From positions 62,001 to 126,000 of the forward strand of contig JAKMXF010000322.1 in assembly GCA_024704765.1 (NCBI GenBank): 64,000 nucleotides of DNA, in the 5' to 3' direction. Both the position numbers and the translations under genes were made by a program. Positions 1 to 31,780 of the stretch are shown piece after piece. How positions within the stretch are numbered: the first letter of the stretch is position 1; each line of letters starts with the position of its first letter. Under the pieces are notes generated by a model. The model did no database searches. It was not told the origin of the DNA and worked only from the letters and a program-made list of their open reading frames with translations. Source of the stretch: Oopsacas minuta (taxonomy: Eukaryota; Animalia; Porifera).

Positions 1-332
1 TCCATAGCGCTATTATCTAAAATAGAAATAACAAACAAATAAATAAAGTGTAGAAACTAACAAAATGTTGTAGACAAATGAATGAATTGGAATGTATTGT
101 ATATAGTGTGATTCTCCCAACAACAAAAACCCCCTACGATAACTAAAAATGTCAGTTCAGCAGCCATGAAGGACACAAATTACCGAACGCGATTAGTACA
201 GCGTGAATATGTTAGCGTCCAAAGAAATGCTATCCCAAGAGGGTCCCTAAAGGAGAAGTTCCTCGGTGACATCACAAGCATGCATTATAATAGAAGAAAA
301 CGAATCAGCCAATAATACTTAAGATATTTTAA

Positions 333-2111
333 TCAAAGATTCAAATCTATCAAATCGATAGGGTGTGAAAATTTATTGAAGGAAGTTGCGTATTTTAATA
401 TTTGTTGGAACTTTGTAAAGTCTTCTATTCTTGGTTTAATTCTTATTTCTCTTGATTTGTTTGTGTGTAAGTAAATGCGTTTATCTTTCTCGAAAATCTC
501 ACAGATATTTTTCGGGAGTTCTGAGATCGGAATTTCATACTTTTCAATATTAGAGAGATGGGAGTGTTTCCTTGTGAAGACGATCTCATTTTCATAGAGT
601 TGTAGGAGGTATTTATGACTCCTACATAGCTTTAATTTAGAGTTATCCTTCAGTTTAAGCTTAACACCGGATATAAAGCTCACTGGCTGTTTCCCAGTAC
701 CGTTTAATATCGGTTTACATTCACCGGCGCAATCGGAAATCTCAAAACCGTCCCCAAAGCTTCCGGAATCTGAGGAGCCACTGGAGGTATTATTAGACCG
801 CAGGGAGCTAGCGTCATCAGGTGATAGGGTAGAGGGGTACTCCTTTGGTATGGACAGACACTGACTGACGGGATTAAGGGCGCCAAATGGGTCAGTTTCT
901 GTCCTATTGGTTGATCCCCCATAGCTTTTAATTTTGCGATGTCCTATTTTCTTAGAAATTTGGAAATCAGTGGGTAGGGTAGAGGTGGACACATTTAGAG
1001 GGTTACAAATGGGCGATAGGATCCCGAACTGCCCGATAGCTCGGAATTCAGGGGGAGTAGGGCAGCGGTTGTCGAGGGCCATCTTATTAGAAGCTCCTAT
1101 TATCAGAGGAGACCGTTTTCGTGGAATGGTAGCACATTTTCTTGGAGAACCATGGGGTGTTAGAGGATTAGAGTTAGTTGGTCTGAGGGTACGGATGGAG
1201 TCCAGTTCCTCTGCTTCGATCTGTAGGGACAGCTTAAAAACGTCAGTCTCAAAGAATCTCTCAAACTCGTTAAGATAACAATTCTGTAATTGTTGTTGTA
1301 GAGAACTCTTCAATTTCGGGTTTTCCTTGAATTCATATAATACGATAGATCGCTGGTAATATCCCAGCTGACTGACTAGCTGATCATAGACCTCCAGGGG
1401 CTCTTGACACTCTGAGAGAGAGAGATCAGAAGCAGCGGACAATTCCACAAACCTCTTGGTGTAAATACCCAAATATGGGATACAAGGAGGGCTAGATCTC
1501 TTCATATGGTCCCAGAGCTTTTCGTAGTTATTCGAGTGTGATATAACTTCAGTCATATTATCGAATGCCTTTCTACCATCAACTTTTTTCCATGTCCTCT
1601 TCAGTCTAATAATAGCTCTTCTCTCCAAGGAAATAATAATAGCCATAAAGGAATGGAAATTCTTGAATTCTAACAGTTTCTTGGCTATTTTTATGAATTG
1701 GGTTATTATGTCTGCTCGATGTTTCTCAGTTATTTCTAAATTTAGTATACTTTTTGTAACCCAGGCACATGTACGATTGAAGAAATCTTGGAACTCACAG
1801 ATGCAGGGGGCCTTTGAGAATTTGTCCTTCTTTTCCCAGTTACAGTTTGTGAATTCTTCAGGCTGTATTTGAGTGAAGAGGTGCCCGCATAACCTAGTCA
1901 ATTGTTCCGCAACCATTTCCGGTGTTTCTTTCAATAAATCGAAGCGATCAAAGGTGTGAAAAGTGGCACAATGTACTTGAGACATATCTTCCACGCCCGT
2001 GTTAATGAACCCATTCTCTTTAACATGACAATAGTTTGGCGTAGATGGAATGGACATTTGTTCGATGCTATTATCGTCTATTATATTAATCTTAGTATCA
2101 GCCTGTTGCAT
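333..2111 (-). CDS. RALGPS: RalGPS-type Ral guanine-nucleotide exchange factor (CDC25/RasGEF domain, low-complexity linker, C-terminal PH-like domain); intronless
   Basis: 592-aa ORF. N-terminal CDC25 domain with no REM domain (IQPEEF..W.KK.K.S.AP, F.KIAKKLLE, PCIPYLGIY). A GHRK..SYG motif and a C-terminal PH-like segment match the RalGPS1/2 architecture as recalled. Confidence 0.85.
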   Translation of the reverse strand: MQQADTKINIIDDNSIEQMSIPSTPNYCHVKENGFINTGVEDMSQVHCATFHTFDRFDLLKETPEMVAEQLTRLCGHLFTQIQPEEFTNCNWEKKDKFSKAPCICEFQDFFNRTCAWVTKSILNLEITEKHRADIITQFIKIAKKLLEFKNFHSFMAIIISLERRAIIRLKRTWKKVDGRKAFDNMTEVISHSNNYEKLWDHMKRSSPPCIPYLGIYTKRFVELSAASDLSLSECQEPLEVYDQLVSQLGYYQRSIVLYEFKENPKLKSSLQQQLQNCYLNEFERFFETDVFKLSLQIEAEELDSIRTLRPTNSNPLTPHGSPRKCATIPRKRSPLIIGASNKMALDNRCPTPPEFRAIGQFGILSPICNPLNVSTSTLPTDFQISKKIGHRKIKSYGGSTNRTETDPFGALNPVSQCLSIPKEYPSTLSPDDASSLRSNNTSSGSSDSGSFGDGFEISDCAGECKPILNGTGKQPVSFISGVKLKLKDNSKLKLCRSHKYLLQLYENEIVFTRKHSHLSNIEKYEIPISELPKNICEIFEKDKRIYLHTNKSREIRIKPRIEDFTKFQQILKYATSFNKFSHPIDLIDLNL

Positions 2112-3331
2112 CTTGTATTTATACTAAAGCAAAAATATTAATGAAGTTAAATAAAATTAGTCCTAGCAACTTAAATAGATAAAAGGAATGTGGTTTTTAC
2201 CAAGGATATAGTCCATATAGACACACGATATCCCTTCTATAGTTACAAGAAGTGTTGTAATTTGATATCACGTATGTGCCATTATACGTAGCCCGTCGCT
2301 GATCCGAACAGTGCAGAGCTTATGCAATCTTTGGAAAATTGTTACAAACGTAAAACACAGCAGATTAATACCTAATAATATATTACGCATGCTTCCATCG
2401 TCTGTACAGCTTTTGAAAAAAGCCCTCCCAGATTTCAATGCATTTCGCTAAGCCGAAAGTATTATTTTGCAATCGGAACAGTGGTGTTCGGATTAGCGAG
2501 GGTATTCCTGTATATAGAATTTGCTATAAACGTGTTTTAGCTCAAAAAGACCTCCAAATTTACATACGAGCGGGAGGCATTTACATACTTACCAACACCT
2601 TAAAAAGTTCCCTGTATTGTTAATCCTGAGATATCCCAGGAAAGATTGCTCGTATGAAATATTCATGATAGATAACCAAAGTAATCGCTAGAAGTATCGC
2701 AGAGGTGACAAATGATACATATTACCCTAGCGTATATGCTATACAGCGGATACGTAATTGTGGTATATAACCATAATCATGTGGTAGCCTATTTAGAGAA
2801 GCTGAAATAAGATATAATCAAATACGAATATAACACCTGGAGAATAATCATATTATCCATAATCCAGTATATCAATAGATTATGAAGCATAATCACAGAG
2901 AGCGCATAATTACTGTATTTGTGTCTTTAAGCTTGTCTGCCCGCAAGCTAGGTAGATACTATACAAGGAGATATAACTCTCACAGTTTTCTATTGTGGAT
3001 CTAATACTTATCCATGCTTGTAAACAAATAGTTTACGTATGAAGATACACCTAAATATTGTTCTGAATGAAGTGTAATATTTGTAAACAAAATTGAAACT
3101 TACTGAGGAGAGTTGATAATTCTAAGGATTATAGCATAAGTAATATAACCTTAGATATCATAAAGGAAGTATACTTGCATATGCTATACTAAAATAAGCT
3201 ATTATACCTGCGTGATTACAGGTTAGATTCAGTAATATTATGGATAAACAGGAAATACGGATAATGTATAGCCACAGTTTGTAAGCATTCAAATTAATAG
3301 AATCACGATTAATACAACCCCAGATAAGGAG

Positions 3332-3482
3332 CAGCCGTTCTCAACCTGGAGTACATAGACCCCCTTGATGGTTCACGCACGACAGTAGAGGATCCACAGG
3401 ATCTCAAATTTGTTGGGAGGGGTCCACAGAATGTGTTAAAATTGGCATAGGGGTCCACTGGTGAAAATGTTGGGATCCTCTA
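3332..3482. mobile_element. Degenerate hAT-family MITE
   Basis: Left end CAGCCGTTCTCAACC. Internal GGTCCACAGAATGTGTTAAAATTGG is shared with the copy at 29525-29657. Right end degenerate, no TSD seen. Confidence 0.5.
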
Positions 3483-3650
3483 CTCTGTACCATTTTAAAA
3501 CACGCTCTGTTGACCCCTGTGACCACCAAGAGGTCCATGTACCTCAGGCCGTGTTATAACATTACAATATATTACGAAATAATACAGCTCTGAATTAATA
3601 CTGAAATATGGAGATACATACATACTAAAAATTATACTTAATAGCCAGCT

Positions 3651-6600
3651 CTAATCCGAGCTAGCATCGTCATCCCCATTAGTCATTATATCTTGTAATG
3701 TTTCTAACTGAGTTATCCCATTCATGAGGGTAGCGTTCGATGCCTCCAGACAACGTATACGGTTTAATCGGTCCAAAGCCAGACCCTTCCAGGTCTCAAT
3801 CTGGTCCCTCAGTGATTCATTGTCTGTGTTTCTAATCGATATAGCGGGTGGTTGTCGTAAGTGTTCGTTCTCCATTTTTAATTTCATAACCTCCTTTCTA
3901 GAATCAATGATTTGTTTGTTTAGCGAAAGTAGTTCTGAGTTCTCTCTCACTTTTTTGAGTTCTTTCCCCTGTTCTACTGCTAGGCCCCTCCATCTGTCCA
4001 ACTCTTTCTGTTTAGCTGTAAGATTAACATTCAATTCTTGGTTCTCAGCTCGTAGCCGAGAAACGTCCCGCTGCATTCTAGTACATTCCTTACGGTAATA
4101 CCCACATTCCTCTTCACCACTAGTGTTGCCACCCGACAGATAAGACAATTTCCTCTCTAACTTCTCATGACCTAGAGCTATTGTCTCTGACAATTTACTG
4201 AGAGCTCCCACTCCCGAACTATGCTGTTTATTCATATTATTAATTCTCTCTAGGGATTGTGTAATCTCGATAGTTTTAGGTCGGTGTGATGGGCGTTGAG
4301 GCACAGAAAATATAGAATTCGTTTTGGTGTTACCAGAACATGGGTCTAGAGATCGATACGAAGGGGAGAGGGAAGGTGGGGTGAGGTTATCAGGAGAGTT
4401 CACACCTCTTGGATTGTCAGCAGAGCTCGTCTTTGTGAAATTGGGTGCAGTAGGGGGCGAGGGAGACTTGGAAATGACCTGTATAGAAGATGTGGATCTA
4501 TATATTGACTGGTTTGTTGGTGACTTAGCTGTCCTCTTCTCAATCTTAATATGAGTACTCCCTCTGTATCTATAGTTACCATTCTGGTCGTTAGGAATGT
4601 GTGTTTTATTAGAGTTAAGATTGTGTATAGAAGTATTACTGTTTGGCAGTCTTTTAGAGTTAAATAATAGTCGTGAGGTATCTCCAGTGTCAGAACGGCT
4701 GTATTGTAACTTGGGGATATACTCATTGGATTTAGGTGGCAACCGATCACATAGATTGGAATGTCGTCGTATTTCATTCACATTCTTATACTTATTAATG
4801 GCTGTATCAACTGAGATGTGTTTGGATAGATTATGTGAAGATCCTGCCAGCTGGTTAGCGGATTTAGATGGACTCAGGACTTCGTTATTAGTTCTATAAT
4901 TACTTAAATTAGGAGAATTTCTACGTACGAATGGTTTTGACCTCTCCGGGTCGTTGGGGACTATTTTAAAACTCTTCTGTACCTCTTCTAGACGGTCCTG
5001 TATATCGTCAAGGGATTGATGATCAATTAGCTTCTCAAGAGGTGATAGAGTAGATGAGTATTCGATGGAGGATTTATTTATATGCTCCTGGGACTCTCTG
5101 ATACTTGTACCCCTTCCTGGGACAGGAGGAGGGACAGGGTTATAGTTCTCATCCTCAGAACTAGATCTCATCGATATAGAGTCCTTATACAGGATAACGT
5201 CCTTCTTGCTCCAGGTGAGATCAGTCGAGGGGACTTTTTGTGGCCATTTTAGGAAGGAATTTTCGATATCACTAGTCTCATCTCCAGTGGATTCACTCTC
5301 CGTATAATTAGTAGTAGAATCCTTGTAATAACTACCGACACCTACAGCTGTTATACATTTCTCTGGGGTAGAGTTTATCCATAGTATCCGATCCTTAGAC
5401 TCATTAAAAGCTGATTCAATGCATGTTAATGCATTGAGGAGTATTGTTAATGGCATCAGAGGTTCTTGGGATTGGGGAGGTACAGTTTGTGTCACCTCGT
5501 GTAGGAAATGGTGGAGAGTTGACAGTTCAACACCTAGCGACACAATCTGTAAAGGTGTTGGGTTAACATTTAAATCCAAATGGAAACTGTCCCGTTTTTC
5601 AAGACTGAAGTTTGACACATACGAAATGAATTCTGACATTTTTCCTTGCTCCCTTTCTAACCATCCGTTCAAGAATGTCAAATAAGACTCTTTAGCTTCG
5701 AACCGAGAGAAATTGGCCAACGTCTGTAGGGTCTTGGCCACCAGGGTGAGTTTTCTAGCCCCCTTTTCCGAGGGGTACTCCTTGATAATATCAAATAGAG
5801 ATGGTGACATAATCGCCGCACAAAAGAACCTCAAAAATATACAAGCAATAACAACTGTATTAGAGATGCTATGCTTATCCTTTCCTAATTCATTTTGTAT
5901 CCCATGGAATACTATCTGTAATTCTACAGGGATGTTACTCCGAGACTTATAGATAGCCTCCCATATATCATGGACATGTCTTAACAAATTATTCTGTGTT
6001 TGAAGAGGTGTGAATGTGTTTGGAATGCGTTCAGGGTCTACTTCACATTCCGCTGCGTCGTTAAGGTATCTAACGAGAGGTCTAACTAGAACTGACTGTA
6101 AGTATTGGCTAGCTATTAATCGCATATAATAATCCATAGATTTAGTCGCTAATGAGTTCCCACGAAATATCAAGTTGGAATCCATATTTGGCTCAGAGAC
6201 CTCACTCACCACGACATCAACTAGATACCTATGGAATGTGTAGATAAATATACAATTTGTGCAAGGCTAAGGTGTAAAATATGAACTATACGGGTACAGT
6301 GGATACCGGTTATAAGAACACCCGATATAAGCACCATCCTCTGGATAACGGTTCTCATAAAATGTATTGCTACTCCCAAGGGTGTTCTTATAACCGGTAT
6401 ACACTGTAATAACATTCCATAACACCAGTTGAGTTACCTAGTAACGTCTCCTGTAGAGTAGAACATTCTAACAAGATTCTTAGCTAAACTGTCTTTATGT
6501 TTGACAGGTAGTTGAGGTGCTAAATTCTTTATAATAATATGGTAGTCATCGACAATATAGCTCTGTAAATCTTCATATTTAATAAACGGAAGAATGTTAA

Positions 6601-8130
6601 GCACCTAATAACCATGGATAATAAAATACAATCAACTCCTGTTATATCTAACACAGATATTAGAAATACCCGCTAATATCGAAGTGTGATATGTTCCCTT
6701 AAGCTTAGATATAGCGGGAATTTACTGAAGCACTGTTAGTAGTGTGGAGTACAATGGATAACTAACTTGGTAGTGTAGCTTAATACGAATTGTAGTTTGA
6801 GGTTTCTTCCTCTCTCTGTCCAGCTTCAGAGAGTACCACTTCTCAACTACACCCTGACCGTAAAGAGAGACCGCAGGTATTTCAACCCGGCCAACTTCTT
6901 GAGGTCTCTTCGTCTTCCCTTTATACAGTAACACAGTAATGTCATGAACTGGCGGGAACTCACTAAACTCAAATTTTTCTCCCCAGAATAGGACCCCTTT
7001 GTTAGATAACTTCTCAGAGGTACGTGAGTAAGGTACAGAGTTCAGACACACCTCACAGAAAAGATTCTTCTTCGGAGCTACTCCTTTAACTTCTGAGATT
7101 GTAATACTCAAGTTTGGGTACAAATGAAACCTCCTAAACAAGAACAATATGTTTAGACATATTTAAAAGGTGTGAAAATACAAATATCACATGATTACCT
7201 ATTCCTAATTCTCTCTAAATCAGCTGATATAGAGTGTAGCCATTTATACATATCCAAATCAGTCTGTACACACAAATAGACTGTCTTACTAACAGAAGAA
7301 CTCCTTCCACATTCCTCATGCTCACTCTTGTTGTTATGAGAGTTAATTGGAGGTACTGTTATTCGTAGACAATATGTAAATATGAACCTAGTCATCAGAG
7401 ACGTGTTAACTATACTAAGACAGGGTGTAGGGTCTCTTTGTAGCTCCAGTACACTACCTGGCTCACCTACACAAATAGATAGGGCAATTGATATGTAGAG
7501 TATAGACTATTCACAAGGGACAATAGGGGTCTCTTACAGGGGCTGTTCTAGGATCCCATCTCCTATATACCCAATAACAGACCTAATATGACTCCTACGT
7601 CATCCAATGAATCAAGAGATTTAAAACTCCTCCCATAGTCCTTGACCTTCCTAACATCTGTCTTCTTCTCAGACAGAGAGCTAGCCCTCTGTAGCTTTAA
7701 CCGTTTGGTAAGAGAGGGTCGTCTGGGAATGCCGGGGGTAGTTGGTTTGATCTCCTTCACACCTGTCATGCTATTGGACCGTTGTCTAGCCAATGAGGCA
7801 TGAGGGAGGGACAATGAGGGCTCTATCGTGCTAGTTAATGTCTCCAATATGTCATCTACATGTGTAGGTATTCTATCTGGCTAAAAGGTGTGAAAATATA
7901 CAGATAAAGTTGAAAGTCTATAATGGGCATTTGGTAGTTATATGGTGCTAAAAGGTGTGAAAATATACATATAAGACATACCTTATCGCTGTGGAAATAT
8001 ATTTTGTGTTCACTAGAGTTATGCACTAAATATCTGCGTGTAAAGTCTACTTCTGATTGGTTGATTTGATCTGTTAGCCATACCATTCCATCCATCACGT
8101 TGTTAGGACGTTCCATGCAATTAAAATATG
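3651..8130 (-). CDS. RASAL2: Ras GTPase-activating protein of the RASAL2(nGAP)/DAB2IP/SynGAP family (split PH - C2 - RasGAP - low complexity - coiled coil); multi-exon, 5' end uncertain
   Basis: Exons joined in frame at GT-AG sites: 7982-8130, ~7590-7880, 7199-~7468, 6767-7133 (C2, LFWGEKFEF), 6438-6604 (not in the ORF track; ILPFIKY...KDSLAKNLVRM), 3651-6228 (IFRGNSLATK arginine finger, LRFFCAAIMSPSLF, LTLVAKTLQTLAN, C-terminal coiled coil). Symbol denotes the family, not a specific vertebrate paralog. Confidence 0.85.
6297..6406. mobile_element. Tc1/mariner (pogo/Tigger-like) MITE, family A, complete
   Basis: 27-bp TIRs CAGTG(G/T)ATACCGGTTATAAGAACACCC with one mismatch, TA on both sides (6295-96, 6407-08). 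Lies in RasGAP intron 6229-6437. Confidence 0.85.
6629..6727. mobile_element. Tc1/pogo-like MITE, family B, internally deleted copy
   Basis: Imperfect TIRs (CAATCAACTCCTGTTATATCTAA vs CAGTAAATTCCCGCTATATCTAA), TA on the left, homologous to 13089-13242 and 15303-15468. Confidence 0.65.
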
Positions 8131-8843
8131 CTATTTGACAAGTAAACAAACAAACAAACAAACAAATAAACAAACAGTTTGATAAATATATATTTGTTAT
8201 AACATGTAACGACCAATTGAATGCCTATATGCTGTGTAGGTTGCTATGCAGCTGGCTAAAATATGTAATTATAGGATATAATTGTAATATTATTATTGTG
8301 ATAATATTGTACACATAAACAGAGGGGGAGATTCTGGATCCAGATGGTATATACAGCGCCCCGACTAAGTATAGGTTGACAGGACCCCTCAAATCTCATA
8401 GCGGTTATATTATAACAGTTCCCTTGATAGCAGTAACAAACAAAAGTTGTGTAAGACAATTATTCTCAGATAAAATAAGAAAACACACTACTTTAGCTAT
8501 CCAAATGATAGATATTTCTTAATCCTACAGAAACCATATACCTCTAAATTACTGTCCTACATGGTTACATAGAAGTTCAATTGACACGTCACTATAAGGG
8601 ATATTCATCTTTGCTGCCAAATTGGTGCATAGGAATTTGTTTATACCACACATGTGGTTGTACTCACATAACGTCACATGTAATCCTGTAGCGATCAAGC
8701 ATGTACTATAGAGGGGTCTATTGAACCTCTATACAAGCAGTTCTACACCCATGGACCCCAGGGTGAGAAGCGCTCCCCTATACCCTCCTAAATGACCCCC
8801 TCGGATCTAAACTCGCCCTCTAACAGATAACAATATTTGTTTA

Positions 8844-9323
8844 TTAATAAACACAAGAATGAGGAACTTGATTACAAAATCTATTCTTCAATTCTCTCTC
8901 AGTTTCTTCTGTAAAATAACTCAATTCTATTTCCACGAATAAATTCAATATTTCATAATAATAATCATCAACAATACCGACACAAAAGTGATCAAACAGA
9001 TGTGACACTTCTCTATTAAACTCGAAATTCTTCTCCACTATAGGTTCCCCTGTCTCATCAAAAGCAGGTGTGTATCTAACAGACCCATCCGGTCCTGTAA
9101 CTGCCCCGTACCGGCTAATATGTTCACACACGTCCTCTAAAATATTATGCAAAAATATCTCTTTTTTAACTGTCTGTTCAAACGAGAATTTATGTCTTAT
9201 TTCATAAGACAGATGTTGAAATATCAGATCACATACTTTACATATATTCTGTCCCCGTGAATTGTGTCCTGATGAAACTGCCACAAATAGTGGCACAATA
9301 CAGATAGTATAAATTAGTTTCAT
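8844..9323 (-). CDS. Canopy (CNPY)-like secretory saposin-fold protein; intronless
   Basis: 159 aa with a hydrophobic signal peptide. Six-Cys pattern CKVC ... ILEDVC..I..YG ... FCVGIVDDYYYEI ... FC...SC matches Canopy/DUF3456 proteins. Confidence 0.7.
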   Translation of the reverse strand: MKLIYTICIVPLFVAVSSGHNSRGQNICKVCDLIFQHLSYEIRHKFSFEQTVKKEIFLHNILEDVCEHISRYGAVTGPDGSVRYTPAFDETGEPIVEKNFEFNREVSHLFDHFCVGIVDDYYYEILNLFVEIELSYFTEETERELKNRFCNQVPHSCVY

Positions 9324-9774
9324 ATTAAGAATAATATGCTACGCATTCTTATATACTTCCATATAGCATATTGGGACATAAAAGTGTTCAGAAACCACAT
9401 TCCAATCAACAAATATAGTTTCCAAGTAACTCAATAATTAATTGGGTTCTCACCCCCACATGGTACATGTTAACACCTAAATAGGAGGAGGAATATGTGA
9501 CAGGGACACAGGATCAAAATTGCCACTAGCAACCAACTACAGGTTAGGTATTTACAAATACAAATAATCAAAAATAATCAGACGTAAATAAGAAATATGA
9601 TGTATGCTCCTTGCTAGCAATATCTTGATTACAATATCCTAACAAGTATGTATATAATTATGCAAATATTTGCAATAATTATGTCAAGGGTATCAGAATG
9701 CAGACACTTAATATTAGGCGCTAAATATATATAAAAAAGGACACAATTAGAGTTCAAATAGAACAGTAACCTTT

Positions 9775-11310
9775 ATGGCTAATTGCAACAATATTCCAGG
9801 GAAGTTTTCACATGGGAGTAGGACAGATTCCACCGTAGGAAGGATCTGCTCTTACAACAAACGGGTGCCCCTTCGTGGTAGGTCGAAATCGGTCTGCGAA
9901 CCTGGTCTTACTCTTAGAGAAATATTGACTGATGCAGAAGGCAAAATAAACGAATTGAAAGGGCAGCAGCAAGCTATCACGAACGAAATTATAAACGCCA
10001 AATCAGAGCAGAAATCTCTTCTATTAGCTGTAGAATTAGAGTATCAATCTATCCAGAAATTAATCGATCAGAAGCAAGCACAGCTGACCTACTCACTGAA
10101 TAACTCATTTGATAGTTATATAGAGGAAGCTATCTGTCTAAGTGTGAGTATAGAGAACCAAATGAGTGATCTAGAATGTTCTATAGAAAACACAAAGGCC
10201 CCGCCTAAAACATCTGGTATGAATGCTCTAGAGGTGGAAGACGAGATGGTTAGCATACGATCGGAATTGGAGGACTCAGTTAGCGGTACAAGCAATTTCT
10301 CACAAGAACTCTCTAAGGTGAAGTCCAAGCGCCCTAGAATAGCTTACCAATCACGCGACAGTTCTTTCAGGGAACTGATAGACAATATCGGGTGGGTAGA
10401 ACAAGAACTTGAATCATTCTCCGTGCGTAACGTAATTGATTCACCGAATAACCCAGACAAACCGAAGGAAGTCGTATCGTTCTCACCCCTAGCAGTAGCC
10501 ACGGACACGGGAGGGACCATATACGTCCTAGACGATGGGAAAGAGGGCGGGATACTACACGTCATAGTCGGTAACACTTGGACAGAGCTGATACACTTAT
10601 TCAAAGACACCCGGGTTAAGAAGCAGCCATATGACATATGTGTCACGAAGGACACAATTTATGTGTCTTATCCGGAAGCTGACATAATAGCTGCCATCTG
10701 GAAGAAACACGACGAACAGACCCGACTAATAACCCATAACACCTTATCAGACATCAAGCCAGGACTTAAATCACCACACGGCTTAGCTACACTAGACATA
10801 GATAATATAGTTATAGCAGATACTGGGAACAACAGAGTAATAGTAATCAATAAATTGCATCAGATTACTAAGGTACTGTCTGGCAGCCCTTTGGCTCCTC
10901 TACATCGTCCTGTGTCTGTGGGAGCTTGTGGGGACGATCTTATAGCTGTGTTACATTCTGATGCCTGCACCGTACATGTGTATCAAATGAGCGGGGAATT
11001 AAAATGGCGCATTAGTGGTTTTGAAGTCAGAATGGAGGATGACGAGATGCAGCCTTGGACCCCTGCAAGGATCTCACTCCACAGGACAGGAGAGTTCAAA
11101 GAACCAGAATTATTTATAACCGCAAGCTATGCGGGAGAACAATGCGTCCTGAGGTACAATTTGCAAAAAATGTGGCTCTCTAAGATGGGTAAAACTGGCA
11201 AGACATTTGGACAATTCAGGGATTTGAAGGGCATTGAATTCTGTCCAGAAAAGCAAAGCATATTAGCTTGTGACTACGGTAACAAGAGAATACAAATATT
11301 CAACTACTAA
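9775..11310 (+). CDS. Coiled-coil + NHL-repeat beta-propeller protein (TRIM-NHL-like, no RING or B-box seen); intronless
   Basis: 511 aa. N-terminal heptads, then NHL signatures (LKSPHGLA...IVIADTGNNRV; GKTFGQFRDLKGI...CDYGNKRIQIF). Confidence 0.8.
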   Translation: MANCNNIPGKFSHGSRTDSTVGRICSYNKRVPLRGRSKSVCEPGLTLREILTDAEGKINELKGQQQAITNEIINAKSEQKSLLLAVELEYQSIQKLIDQKQAQLTYSLNNSFDSYIEEAICLSVSIENQMSDLECSIENTKAPPKTSGMNALEVEDEMVSIRSELEDSVSGTSNFSQELSKVKSKRPRIAYQSRDSSFRELIDNIGWVEQELESFSVRNVIDSPNNPDKPKEVVSFSPLAVATDTGGTIYVLDDGKEGGILHVIVGNTWTELIHLFKDTRVKKQPYDICVTKDTIYVSYPEADIIAAIWKKHDEQTRLITHNTLSDIKPGLKSPHGLATLDIDNIVIADTGNNRVIVINKLHQITKVLSGSPLAPLHRPVSVGACGDDLIAVLHSDACTVHVYQMSGELKWRISGFEVRMEDDEMQPWTPARISLHRTGEFKEPELFITASYAGEQCVLRYNLQKMWLSKMGKTGKTFGQFRDLKGIEFCPEKQSILACDYGNKRIQIFNY

Positions 11311-11612
11311 CATAAGGCTTACCCTATGATGATATCAGATAACAGACATTAATGTCAATAATTGTGTATTTGTAATATTTATGACTCTAATTATTGTTAT
11401 AATGTGACCTCTATGGGACGAGGTTCCCCCCGGGACAAAGTTCCTCAAATTCACTGGGAGGTAGGGCCTTAAAAGGTGTGAAAATATGTGAATATTTATC
11501 TCATTTAATAGTAACATAATAATCCAAGACATCAGAGACATAGCTTATATTTATAGAAATAACTAACTTTAAATAAAATACAAATATTCATTAACAACCA
11601 ATTACAAACACC

Positions 11613-31064
<19,452 letters not shown>

Positions 31065-31225
31065 AATTAGAGCATTACAGAACTAATTAGAAAGGTGTGA
31101 ATTATGGTATGGTTGCAGTTCTATTTCTGGATAATACAAGTGGCATGCAGGCTTAGGCTACAGGTTGATTATTCATATTTTAGCACCGTTTGGAAGGTGA
31201 ACATAATATACAATCACAAACTCCC

Positions 31226-31287
31226 CTAACGTGCTTCTATGGCGTGTTATGTCCCAATTTTCATGGTTACCTCGATGGTATTTGGCT
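31226..31287. repeat. Second copy of the short X-box-like repeat, ~160-220 bp upstream of the NBEAL start
   Basis: Similar to 18816-18877. Confidence 0.5.
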
Positions 31288-31780
31288 ACACCCACCAGCG
31301 AGGGCGATTATTTAAATGGGACAACTATTCGAGGTCCATCGGTACAACAAATTATTGGGCACTCAATCAACAAAACTTTGTAAACCAAACAAACAAGCGA
31401 ATATCTTTAAGATCACAAATTTGCATTTCGAAACATAAACAGTCAAGAGAAATAATCGTGGTCGACAAACAACAAATGGCACAGAAAGACCCCTGGATAA
31501 TCACACGACACAAATCTCACGCCTGAGTAAACACGTGGCCACACAAACCACATTATTTTAAACTCAAGAAACAGAAAATTGTGTCACAAGAGCAGAGTTG
31601 ATTCAGGTGGTAACAGACACAAACCTCTAAGAATAATAATTCTATTTTGATAATTGTGTCAGATCAGCAGTTTTCTATTCAGAATATTCATTCAATAGAA
31701 ACTATAAATTCTGATATATTTGAAAACAAACAAAATATACACAATTCACACCAAACAAACAACAAATAATCCACGAGATT

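Noticed and set aside
166-315. 49-codon + strand ORF (MKDTNYRTRL...RKRISQ) converging on RalGPS
   Set aside because: No recognisable homology and no in-frame acceptor found. It could be the end of a gene outside the window but cannot be supported.
2260-3300. Coding-like intergenic DNA between RalGPS and RasGAP
   Set aside because: Frames examined are interrupted by stops and no family was recognised; a pseudogene cannot be shown without a search.
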